This document shows, in pieces, positions 32,796 through 43,327 of a stretch of DNA of 64,000 nt. A model generated the notes under the pieces. It did not search any database and was not told the origin of the DNA. It worked only from the letters and a program-made list of their open reading frames with translations. This DNA is from Naegleria gruberi (taxonomy: Eukaryota). How positions within the stretch are numbered: the first letter of the stretch is position 1; each line of letters begins with the position of its first letter. The position numbers were made by a program, and so were the translations under genes. The stretch is taken from NCBI GenBank assembly GCA_000004985.1, contig GG738898.1; one strand, written 5' to 3'.

Positions 32796-33464
32796 CTGTT
32801 ACTGTGCTTCACATTTGGTCAAGGTTATTCATTTGGTCAACCAATTAAACCAGGTGCTCAATCAATTGATACACCAGGTAGAGTTACTTGTTCAGATTCA
32901 GTGATTGTTTCGAATTCATTGATTATTATCTATGCTAAGGTAGTAATGATTAAGAAACCAAGAATTGATTCTCTCACCAATGGAGAAAGAGTAGAAAGTG
33001 AAGTTTCCAGAGGATTTGGAAAGTATGCCAATATTGGACCAATTACACCAAACATCTGTGTTACTTTCACTGGTTCAGTTACAAGAAACCCGTTGACTAT
33101 TTACATGCTGCAACAAGAATTCAGCAAGAATAGAGATTATGCTTCTCCTGATTATTACACAACTGCTATCACACTTCCAGTTGGTCATAATGTTGAAGCC
33201 AAATTCTGTACCAATGAAACCTACTTTAACGAAGTTGGTCAGCTCAAACAAGAATTGGATTTTGCCTTCTTGTCAGAAATTCCAGAAACTGTAAGTGAAT
33301 TTGTATTGACTTCTTCCATTAGCACTGGAGGTAATACTGCAGGTACTGTTGTTGGTGTACTTTTTGCTCTTGGTATTGTGTATGTTATTTGTGGTGGTTT
33401 GATCACTGCTGGTATTATCTATTGGAAAAAGAAGAGAGTCAATTATGACACCATCACTGAATAA
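32796..33464 (+). CDS. C-terminal part of a type-I membrane protein
   Basis: The ORF emerges from the gap. It has an ectodomain with Cys and N-glycosylation sites, then a TM helix AGTVVGVLFALGIVYVICGGLITAGIIYW, then a short basic tail KKKRVNYDTITE*. Confidence 0.5.
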   Translation: MLLCFTFGQGYSFGQPIKPGAQSIDTPGRVTCSDSVIVSNSLIIIYAKVVMIKKPRIDSLTNGERVESEVSRGFGKYANIGPITPNICVTFTGSVTRNPLTIYMLQQEFSKNRDYASPDYYTTAITLPVGHNVEAKFCTNETYFNEVGQLKQELDFAFLSEIPETVSEFVLTSSISTGGNTAGTVVGVLFALGIVYVICGGLITAGIIYWKKKRVNYDTITE

Positions 33465-34619
33465 AACCATAAAGAAATTCAAATTAATTGTTATCTTGAT
33501 CATTCCGATAATTTCCACCTCCTTCTCTTACTCATTCAATTTGATATTGAATTCTAAACATGTCCATTATCCAACAGTGTACATTTTCCAATTAGGAAAA
33601 AAATGGTTGTTATTTTAATCGTGGTATAAATAATTTTTTAACTGACAAACAAAACCATCATATAGGAAAAGTCTAGACTAACAATCTAAGGATTGTCTAC
33701 TTGATTGTTGTTGCTATTAAGAGTTAATTCTTGGCCTCTAATAATTCTAATAACTGTAACTGCAGCAAAGGAAGTACAAAAAATTCTCGCAACAAGAATT
33801 TTGGAGACAAAAAAAATTGTGGCTCAGATGGCTCCTCTAAAAGGAACCGGAAAACGTGTTCTTTGCTTCAACAACTTTAAAAAAACTACACAACAACCAC
33901 TACCATCATCATGAATACATCACCACTTCCTCGTACTCCTTGCTCTCCAAGTGATCAATCCCATCATCACTCGAATTGTTCACAAATTTCTAGGACAAAC
34001 ACTTCAATTTTATCTTCCTATCCACACAAAATCTACACAATACAGATTGTGCCTTCCATAAAACCAGAAAAATCAGAGAATAACTCAGAGTCTCTGAATG
34101 GACCTGGATTTTACTTCAAGAAGGTTTGTCCAACGAAATCAACACAAAAGACAATAAGAAATAATTTGAGGGAGAGTATCCAAAGATCAACAGACAAGAT
34201 TACAAAGAAAAGAAAAATGTAGCTACTGTTGTACCCTAAATGTATTTTGAAATTGAAATAAATAAAAGTCATGTATTTTAAATTATTATTGAATAATATT
34301 TATTATGTCAGCAATACTTTCCTCGTTCTGTCAGTCAGATTTCTTCTTGCACTTGGGGTTTGTTTCAACAGCCCAATGAAGCAATGCTTGGTCTAAGAAT
34401 GAAACGATAGTTAAATATCCTTATTTGCCCTCTCCAATTACGACATAATCAGTGTAACTTTTGCCTTTGATAGGGATCAATCAGTTACTCCAATGCAATG
34501 AAAAGGATCTCATCTTCATTCATCAATTGAATCATAATGTTGTTAATGTTAATCAAATCCAGGGTAGAAAAGTTGCTCACATCAGACATATCAAGGACTT
34601 AATTTCATCTTGAATGTAT

Positions 34620-34691
34620 TCCCGTGTAGTCCAATGGCTAGGATACCTGGCTTTCACCCAGGAGGTCCGGGTTCAATTCCCGGCATGGGAG
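34620..34691 (+). tRNA. tRNA-Glu (anticodon UUC)
   Basis: TCCCGTGTAGTCCAATGGCTAGGATACCTGGCTTTCACCCAGGAGGTCCGGGTTCAATTCCCGGCATGGGAG. The cloverleaf is canonical: anticodon loop CTTTCAC, T-arm CCGGG/TTCAATT/CCCGG, 7-bp acceptor stem with one G:U pair. Confidence 0.85.
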
Positions 34692-35359
34692 AATAATTTT
34701 GATTTTGGGTTCGAATTCGTGTTCAACAATGAAGAATCGAATAATAGCATTACCCGATCGAAAGTACCAGGCTTGGATTGGTAGTATTTTTGCTTCATTG
34801 TCAACTTATAATAAAATGTGCATAAGGAAAGAGGAGTATGATGAAACTGGACCAAATATCGTTCATAGAAAGTGAATCGAATAAATATCACAGAAATGCT
34901 TCATTAATGATTGACGCCTTATCTTCCAACAACATATTTCCATCAACTACTGTAGACCAAAGATAATTTTATTTATGGAAGACTTCCAATATTCACTTCA
35001 GATCTTTCTTCAAGAAATTTCGAGCAAATTGATTTAAAGTGTTGTAAGAGATATATTGATTATTTCGAAAGTTTAAAACAGAACAGTATTGGACGAAAAA
35101 GATGAAAGAAAAATAATTTTCAATGTCAAAGCAAAAGAATGTAAGGTAGAACCATTTACAATATACACATACCGCATTCACCAACCTTGGTTAGTTTTGG
35201 AGCTTATTCGAGCTTTGAAGGATTTTTGAATGTTGAATTTGAATGGAAATTGTTGGGTGAATTCTCTGGTTTAACAATGTTAGTGATTGATTACGATCGG
35301 AACACATTAGGTGCTGTCCATGGTACGAAATTATTGCATCACGTTTTAAAAGAAATTTT

Positions 35360-36706
35360 CTACCAATCAACCTCTTTGTAATTCTTGTATAATTTTCCAT
35401 ACTTGAAACTTCCAGAAAGGATAGGGTGCAGAACTCTGAAGGCAGCATCAAGATCAGTAAGAGGAGGAGCTCTATATGCAGGTAAAGCAGAGGATACCCA
35501 ACCAGTATCTACACTATTCACCAAAATTCCATTTCTAGCATAATATTCGCTGCAACTCCTCGTTAGCATATTTAGACTTGCCTTACTAGTATTGGTTTGA
35601 ATATGACTATCAGATTTCCCACTCGTCTCAAATTGTCCCTCATGAGAAGTGACATTGATTATAAAACTATGCCCAAAACGAACTGAATGATGGATGTCAT
35701 TTTCTTCTAAATCTTGGCTGTCATCATATGATGGTTTCATAATTTCAAACAACTCTGAAGCTAGAATGGTTGGAGAAACGGTATTAATCATTTGAGATTC
35801 TACAATTTCAGTGACGGATACATCAGAAAGCTTCTCATTCCAAGAGTTTGTAGGCCTATAATCGACTTGTTCTCCCCAAATATCTTTTTCACCTTTAGGA
35901 AAGTAATCATAAGTCAATGACGCATCATCTAATCTGGTTTCAGTTGACTTGGTAATTTCAATAGATTTCTCGATAAGGTTTGAATCATTTTCATGAATAA
36001 TTGGCATGGCACTTTCTTCACTTTTGGTCAGGTACTTTTGTTCAGACTTTAACAGTGATTTGTAGTATTCTAGTGGCCGTTTTACAGTCTGGGCAGCATT
36101 GTTAATTAATATATGGATTTGTTTGAAATTCTTCTTGATATATTGAGTGAAATCAATAACTGACTTTCCATCTTTGAGATTTAGTGGGTATATCAATAAT
36201 CTATCGTACCACTCAGAAAAGTCTTTACATTTCTTAAACTTTAACAGAGCGTCAGATGCAAATCTGGTTTCTTTTGTAAAATATATAGTTAAAAATACTT
36301 ACCTAGTAGTAACAATAACTTTCGCACCCAACCTCAACAAAACGAGAGCAGTTTGAAGACCAATCTTGATTCTCCCTCCAGTTACAATGGCTGCCTTATC
36401 ACAAAGAAGATTACTGGGATATGAGTATTCTCTAATTGCGTCATTGAAATGATTACAATGTGAGCACATGGAATGTCTATTATCTAGATGTTTTTCTCCT
36501 CCTCTCCTATTCGTGACACTGTACTTGCGTTGAGTTTTGTAATGAATATATTTACCACATAAATAGCATTTGAAGAAGTTGTACTTTTCTCGTAGATGAC
36601 TCTCAAAATATCCCTCAAGAAAGTAATGAGAGAGATCAACACTGAATAACTGTCTCAAAGATTTTACAAAATAGTGAATATCCTCTGTGGTAATGTGGTG
36701 CTTAAT
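35360..36706 (-). CDS. short-chain dehydrogenase/reductase (SDR) with zinc-finger-like N-terminal extension, partial
   Basis: Exon 2 (to about 36263) has LINNAAQ, SKASLNMLTRS (YxxxK region) and VNSVDTGWV. A 39-nt intron lies at about 36264-36302. Exon 1 has the Rossmann motif AAIVTGGRIKIGLQTA preceded by FKCYLCGKYIHYKTQRKY…HSMCSHCNH. It continues into gap 36707-36895. Confidence 0.75.
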
Positions 36707-36895
36707 NNNNNNNNNNNNNNNNNNNNNNNNNNNNNNNNNNNNNNNNNNNNNNNNNNNNNNNNNNNNNNNNNNNNNNNNNNNNNNNNNNNNNNNNNNNNNN
36801 NNNNNNNNNNNNNNNNNNNNNNNNNNNNNNNNNNNNNNNNNNNNNNNNNNNNNNNNNNNNNNNNNNNNNNNNNNNNNNNNNNNNNNNNNNNNNNN
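36707..36895. other. assembly gap (run of N)
   Basis: Literal N characters. Confidence 1.
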
Positions 36896-38843
36896 ATCAC
36901 TCTCTAATAAGGCGCTCAATCTTGGTGGTACATTCTACCTTCCATATAGACACCACTATTCTGTAGAACAATTATTGGAGGCATATCCTTCCTTTACTGA
37001 GTTTGTCGGTTTCAAAAAGTACCTAGATCCAAACAGAGTCTTTAATAATATGTGGTTTGATAACTATTCAAAGCTTGTGGAAAATAAGTTTGGAACCATT
37101 AGCCCAAAGCCAATTTCTATTTCTCCATTTGTTAGTTTATTCCCAAACAACAACACTTTCATCAATAACAAGAATTATCATTTTATGACTAGTTTGGGTA
37201 AACAAGTTAACCAGAGTAGAGTTTTTGATTTTTTGAGATATGTCTTTCCAGTAGTTGATGCTAAAGAATTCCAAAGATTTCTTTTGATAAATAAGCAGCT
37301 AGACGACAAGCAACTTTACAACTTAATTCAATCAAATTACCTTAATTCAAACATTTCAAAAGCGAAGATATTATTTAATCTTGTAAGATATAACACGTTC
37401 ATACTTGCTAAAGAAATTGAAAGGCAAATATCTGAATTACTTGAAAGCAATATCCTTCACAATAGAAAGTTTGATGGCCAGTTGACCATTGGAGATTGTG
37501 GAAGATTTACAAATTTATTGAAGAAGAAATTCAAAGTTAGTGGCTCATCCTTTGTAGTCAATGATAAAGAAAGAGCAACCGATGTATTAGAGAGGAAATC
37601 TTTAACACCAGTCGGTAAATTTGTACCATATGATCAATTACACGATATTCCTTCTAATAGTGTAGATTTAATAACTTGTTTCATAGGATTGCATCACTAC
37701 ACTGACACAGAACTAAACTTGTACATGAAAGAACTCAAAAGAATTCTTAGACCTAATGGAATATTTATTTTGAGAGAGCACGATGTGGACAACGAACACA
37801 TGGAATCTATGGTTCATGTAGCTCACAATATTTTCAATGCCCTGACAGGTTTGACATTTGAGGATAATGAGAAGGAATTCAGACACTTCAGATCTATGAA
37901 AGAATGGAATAGCATTTGCAAATCATTTGGATTTTACAACTTGGAAAATTATCAACTTCAACATGGCGACTCCACAATAGATTTAATGACTGCCTACGTT
38001 AATGAAAAAGATGGTGATCATGCATCCACAAATGTCACCAATCCTATTGATAGTTCTATTGGAAATTTGATGAATATTACAGATAAGGATTACAAAAGAG
38101 ATCAAAACAAGACAGATTTTACCATACCAGAGTGGTTCACAGTTGAAATTGTTCAACACATGGGACGCTTCTTGCAACATACTCCTTGGTATGATTATCC
38201 ATATAATCATACTATTTCCAAATTCTGGAAACTCTTCTTCAACTCTTGTACAAGAGTAATGAAGAGGGATGGATTGAAACAAGTCTTTGCAGGATACTTC
38301 TTTATGAATCTGACTATTGGAGCTATTTCATCCATACTCCTTGCACAAATGGGTATTTTGGCAATGCTTCCTCGTTTTGGATCAAAATTCTTCAATAATA
38401 CAACTGCCAATATTACAACTATTCAGGCAATTATTTCTGCTAAGGAAGATATAAGATCCACCCTTGAAAAATGTGACATTCACATCATTAATGAAACTAT
38501 GAATGACAAGAGAGAATATCTTTATCATGTCAAATTACCAAGATTCCTCCCATTCACACAATCACTTCAACACCTCGCAAAACAAACTCCATATGCACAA
38601 CTAGAGGAAATTGCTGGCAATCAAATGGTCAATGTTAAAATCACTATCAGAAATCCAAACATTATCAAATTCAGCTCCCTTGTCAAGTGCCAAGAAATTG
38701 AAAATTATCAAGTTGTACCAAATAATGAGCATCACAACGAGACTGTCATTATCTATTCTGTCTCTGTAAAAAATCTAATTCAATTTTTGAGAGAAGCAAT
38801 GAATCAGACTGGACTAGAACAAATCCAGATTCATGATTTTTAA
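36896..38843 (+). CDS. multidomain protein, partial: ALO/GULO-type FAD-oxidase C-terminal motif, class-I SAM methyltransferase domain, and a ~300-aa uncharacterised tail
   Basis: One continuous ORF from the gap. It has GGTFYLPYRHHYSVEQLLEAYPSFTEFVGFKKYLDPNRVFNNMWFDNY (ALO C-terminal pattern HWxK…YP…DP…F.N.Y). It then has LTIGDCGRF and VDLITCFIGLHHYTDTELNLYMKELKRILRPNGIFILREHD (methyltransferase motifs I and II/III). Confidence 0.7.
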
Positions 38844-39106
38844 ATTTGTAGTGGAAACGTTTATTAATTAATAAAATTGGCTTACAAGCAATCTATTAAG
38901 GATTTAATATTAGAAATATTAGGGCAGTCAACAACAAAATTTGGAACAGAAATTTATTTCCATTATTCGACATAATAGTTCAAAAAGATTGGTTAGCTGA
39001 TGAGAACTTTGTTGAGAAATTACCAATAATTGATTTTGAAAAGTTGCCAGACAATATTAGATAGATATACAAACCAAACATATTTTTGAAAGCACTGAAA
39101 AATCCA

Positions 39107-39872
39107 ATGTTGAAATACGAAACAATTCTAAAGGATGTTCAAAATTTGAATCAAGATCCAAAGAAAAATAAGAAATTGATCCAAGCTCTAATCGAACGCT
39201 TTCCAAAATCATTGCAGATCTTTAAAGATCCACTTGATTTAAATACAAATCTCATAATGAAGGTCCTAGCACGTGATGGTACTGCTATTCGATTCCTACC
39301 AGAAAGTTGGAGAAATGATCAAATAGTGTTACAGGCAGTTAAGAGTATTCCAAATGCTCTTGAATTTGCATCTGACGAATTGAAAAACAAATTTAAAATT
39401 GTTAAGGCGGCTTGTAGACTCAAGCAAATTCCTCCGTCGTGGAATTGTCAAATTTACAGATGAATCATTGAAGAAGGATAAGGATTTTATCATTCAATTA
39501 TGGAGCTTCCTTGATCCACCTCTCGATTTTATGAAAGAGTTTCCACTAACGATGGAGGATTATATTGAAAGTGTGAAATTGAAAAATGGTCCCTTTTCGA
39601 ATTTGAGTGAGGAACTGAGATGCAACAGGGAATTTGTCAAGAAAATTGTTACAATTATTCATCCTTACAGATTTTGGACGTTACTGCCACTGTCTATTCA
39701 ATCAGATAAGGAAATAGTTCTACTAGCCATTCAGCATGGTCTGAGCCCATTTTTCTTGCATAAAGAAATGAAGGATGATCCATACGTTTCCAAAATATTA
39801 GTGGAAAAGTATCTAAATGCATCAGATATTGAATTGATATATGATAAATTTCATCGAAGCTTGTTTGAATAA
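39107..39872 (+). CDS. DUF4116-repeat protein, 2 exons
   Basis: Two overlapping ORFs in different frames join across a 46-nt intron GTAGAC…TTTACAG at about 39414-39459, giving …KIVKAA|YESLKKDKDFIIQLW…. The repeats include FLPESWRNDQIVLQAVKSIPNALEFASDELKNK and SIQSDKEIVLLAIQHG. Confidence 0.55.
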
Positions 39873-39895
39873 TAATATAATAAATTGCAGTGTTT

Positions 39896-41008
39896 TTAAG
39901 CCCATCTTAATAAAACCTCTGCTGCTTTCTTTGTTTCTGGATTCTTTATCTTGCTGAATAGGGATCGAGCTTTTTCTAAATCTTTTGGAACTCCTTCCCC
40001 ACCGTTCAAATAAATAGCTCCAAGATTAAAAAGGGAATTATCATTACCTTGATCGGCTGCTTTTTGTAACCAATAAATAGCTTTGGCTTTGTCTTCTTTA
40101 ACTCCTGTTCCCATATTGTACATGGCCCCCAGGTTATTCTGTGCTGATACATCACCTTTGTTAGCCAGTTGCTCGAGCCAGTTCACATCTGTTGAATAAT
40201 CCTTCTTGCTTATCTCATGTAGAGCTGCAATAGAACCTTGAAAACCTTGACTGGCAGCTTTTTCTAACCATTGAATTCCAATTTGATAATCCTGTTTAAC
40301 CCCAATTCCATTAAAGTACATTATTCCAACATTGTGTTGTGAGTGAACATATCCTCCTTCTGCTGATTTCAAGTACCAATCAAAGGCAGTAAATGGGTTC
40401 TTCTCTACTGCATCCCCTCTTGCATAAAAACCACCCAAGTTATATTGAGCTTTTGCATATCCATTATCAGACGCTTTTTTGAACCAATACAATGCCTTTG
40501 ACTTGTCACCAATCGCAAGATATTGGACCCCAAGATTATTCTGTGCTTTTACGTGGTTTTGATTGGCTGATTTTTCAAAAAACTGCAGTGCTATTTCAAT
40601 ATTTTTAGGCACACCCAAACCTTCCTGGTACAAGTAACCCAAATTAAATTGAGCTTCTGAATTATTTTGTTCAGCCGATTTCTCATACCAATAGACAGCT
40701 TTCTTATAATCAATGTCAACTCCAGTTCCATTTTGATAAGCAGCTCCAAGATTATTCTGTGCTATGGAATCTCCTGTATCAGCTTGTAGTTGAAGTAATT
40801 CAAGAGATGATTTGTTGGGTGATGATTTGAAAAAATTCATAAAGCCTAATCCCTTTGATGAAGCATGAAACGATCTAATGTTTAAATTAGTATTAATATT
40901 ATTATTGATTACAGCAAATGGTAATGAACATTCCGAGAATTTTGTCATCAAAGGCTTTGGTAAAAACTTTGAATTCAACAAGAAGGCTGTCTTTTTGATT
41001 GCTCTCAT
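39896..41008 (-). CDS. Sel1-repeat (SLR/TPR-like) protein
   Basis: 370 aa with about 7 Sel1 units (AQNNLGAAYQNGTGVDIDYKKAVYWYEKSAEQNNSEAQFNLGYLYQEGLGV…). Confidence 0.85.
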   Translation of the reverse strand: MRAIKKTAFLLNSKFLPKPLMTKFSECSLPFAVINNNINTNLNIRSFHASSKGLGFMNFFKSSPNKSSLELLQLQADTGDSIAQNNLGAAYQNGTGVDIDYKKAVYWYEKSAEQNNSEAQFNLGYLYQEGLGVPKNIEIALQFFEKSANQNHVKAQNNLGVQYLAIGDKSKALYWFKKASDNGYAKAQYNLGGFYARGDAVEKNPFTAFDWYLKSAEGGYVHSQHNVGIMYFNGIGVKQDYQIGIQWLEKAASQGFQGSIAALHEISKKDYSTDVNWLEQLANKGDVSAQNNLGAMYNMGTGVKEDKAKAIYWLQKAADQGNDNSLFNLGAIYLNGGEGVPKDLEKARSLFSKIKNPETKKAAEVLLRWA

Positions 41009-41112
41009 TTTTTAACAATATTAATTTATTAAATTGATTGAAAAATTAAAAAAATTATAAAGCTTGCGCGCTTATTTTACTGAACGGATTTTTGAAAATT
41101 AAAATCGAATAG

Positions 41113-41124
41113 TTTGGCGCCAAA
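41113..41124. promoter_or_regulatory. palindromic E2F-type site TTTGGCGCCAAA in a bidirectional intergenic region
   Basis: It is a perfect 12-bp palindrome matching the E2F consensus TTTSSCGC on both strands. It lies between the divergent Sel1 gene (ATG about 41008) and the SAS-6-like gene (ATG 41210). A GCGCGC motif is also at 41067-41072. Confidence 0.4.
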
Positions 41125-41209
41125 TGATTACAGCACTAAAAAACGTTACCATCATCTTTAAAAAAAATACCTCAACACACTATCTTCTCAACCCAACGAC
41201 ACCAATACA

Positions 41210-42076
41210 ATGAATACATCACTCCATACACCAAAGAAGAATAGTCAGTTCTCTGTTGGCTCTCCTCCTCAACCAAATTCTATTCAACAATCATCAATTG
41301 CCTCTGTCGGATCACCTTCAACTTCTGCTTCTCTATTGACTGGCATTGATTTTAAGGCTATTGAGGATATGGATCCATCGTTAGCAGAAGGACATAGAAC
41401 AATCTTTGATAAGGAAATACCAATTGAATTACGTACTCAAGATCAAAATGAGTCTGACAATGATCTAGGAACCCTTGAAGCTATCAGAGTTAAAATCCTC
41501 ATCTTGGAAGGAGAACACGAAGACGAGGCTCATGTAAAGTTGGAACTTACTTCCGAGTCTGATCTTTTCTTCCATTATTCTCACACTGTTGGAAGACAAC
41601 AATTTATTGGCCTGCAACAATCCCAAAAGTTGATGGTTGATTTCCCAAATTATCCAAAAATGTTGAGCAAGATGTTGAATGCTTGTGTCAAGGAACCAGA
41701 AAGTTTCTTATGTATCTTGATTATGGAAAGAGATGGAAAAGGATTGCTTAATTTTGTTCAAAATATGGAATACAAGGTAAGTGTTTGAGAATCATTGAAA
41801 ATTTAACAATGTCAGTTTGTGGAATTACTGAGTTTGGAATTGAGTGAAAGTCCAGAACATGTTATTCGTCAACATATTTCATTCAGATATAACAGTATGA
41901 GGTCAAGAGTTGCTATCCTCAACGCTAGATTGCAAGAAGTTTCCAACATTATTAAGATTAAGAACCCATCCCTGTTGTTGCACTTAAGTCGTGCTGTAAC
42001 AGGAGCCCAAACAAGTCTTTCTGCTCCATCATCCTCCTATTTAAATACTCAACAACCTGTACAAAAGAAGAAATAA
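41210..42076 (+). CDS. SAS-6 N-terminal (XRCC4-superfamily head) domain-like protein, 2 exons
   Basis: Exon 1 is 41210-41776, then a 39-nt GTAAGT…TCAG intron, then exon 2 41816-42076. …DLFFHYSHTVGRQQFIGLQQSQKLMVDFPNYPKMLSKML…FLCILIMERDGKGLLNFVQNMEYK|FVELLSLELSE… resembles the SAS-6 head (DPFFLY…FQSLK…GLLVDF.AFPQKFIDLL). No long coiled coil follows. Confidence 0.5.
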
Positions 42077-42092
42077 ACTAGGGACAATCTTT

Positions 42093-43295
42093 TTATTCGA
42101 TATTTTCCACAAGAGCCATCAATTGTTCACTTGATGAAGGTCTAGCAGCTGGATCCAATTGTAAAGTCATTTGAACAAAGTCCAACAATTCTTCACTGTA
42201 AATATCCTTCAACTCATTACAAATATCACTGACAAAGTTTGGATTCTTGGATAATTCCTCTTTAACATCGGTCATTCTCTGTGAAAGAATTTCTAAAATG
42301 ATAACACCTAGGGACCAAATATCACTCGATGCTGAATAGTCCTGTCCTTTAGCTTGCTCTGGAGACATGTAGCACTCTGTTCCAACTTTGGCATTTTCCA
42401 CAGATTTTACAAAACAACTCAATCCAAAATCTCCAATTCTCAACTCATCTCTCTCATTATCATTGAAGAAAATATTCTCTGGTTTCAAATCTCTGTGAAG
42501 ATAACCTTTCGTATGAATAAAAACTAGAGCAGCAGTCAATTTTCTCAACCAATTCACTACCAGTGTTTGACTGACAAGTGAGGATGCACCATTCTTCTTC
42601 TTGAACCTATCCAAGTACATTCTCAAGTCTCCTCCCTTGCAAAACTCCAAAATAATACAGAGAACATATTCTTGTTTTCCTGCATCACTTTCACTAGCTC
42701 CTACTCCAATAGTATCGGCAATAATTGTCGATTCCTTTTGTTCAACGAAAAAGTCATGAATTGAATTGATATACTCGTGTCTCAATGAATAGAGAGATTT
42801 GATTTCATTAAAGTTCTGATTCAATTCTTGTATGGTTCTCAGCTTGATTCTCTTCATGACATAGAACTTCTTTTCAGTAGAATCCTTCTCAGAAACTATA
42901 TAGGCAGCACCCTGAGCTCCAAGTCCAATACGTTTCTTGATAGCATACTTTTCACTATAGTCAGTTCCCTTACTTTCAATTGCTGTTTCAAGAGTTGATT
43001 TGATTGCTTCCTCTTCTTCGGGTGTCAGTTTGGGATTGGTAATGAGTTTCTGTGGACGCTTTGGTGGTCCAGTTGGTACATTTTCCGTTACACTGTCAAA
43101 TAAGTGTTGCTTTGGTACAAGTGAAGTGGTTTGAATTTGTGAGGAAGGTCTCTTTAAAATATTCGAAATGAAATTGGAGAAACCTCTCTTCTTGACAGTT
43201 GGTTTTGGAATACTGGCGCTCTTCTTTCCTGAATCCTTCATTATTCCTGAAATACTCAACACATCTGAAACTCCATTATCACTACAATTCATCAT
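42093..43295 (-). CDS. Ser/Thr protein kinase
   Basis: 400 aa. It has GAQGAAYIV…VMKRI (VAIK equivalent), HRDLKPENIFF, DFGLS and GTECYMSPE. Confidence 0.85.
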   Translation of the reverse strand: MMNCSDNGVSDVLSISGIMKDSGKKSASIPKPTVKKRGFSNFISNILKRPSSQIQTTSLVPKQHLFDSVTENVPTGPPKRPQKLITNPKLTPEEEEAIKSTLETAIESKGTDYSEKYAIKKRIGLGAQGAAYIVSEKDSTEKKFYVMKRIKLRTIQELNQNFNEIKSLYSLRHEYINSIHDFFVEQKESTIIADTIGVGASESDAGKQEYVLCIILEFCKGGDLRMYLDRFKKKNGASSLVSQTLVVNWLRKLTAALVFIHTKGYLHRDLKPENIFFNDNERDELRIGDFGLSCFVKSVENAKVGTECYMSPEQAKGQDYSASSDIWSLGVIILEILSQRMTDVKEELSKNPNFVSDICNELKDIYSEELLDFVQMTLQLDPAARPSSSEQLMALVENIE

Positions 43296-43327
43296 TAATA
43301 AATATTTTGAAAATATTGTAATAATAC

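Noticed and set aside
33705-34222. Two short plus-strand ORFs (69 and 103 aa) that are Ser/His-rich.
   Set aside because: They have no start-codon context, no conserved motif and low complexity. They were left unannotated.
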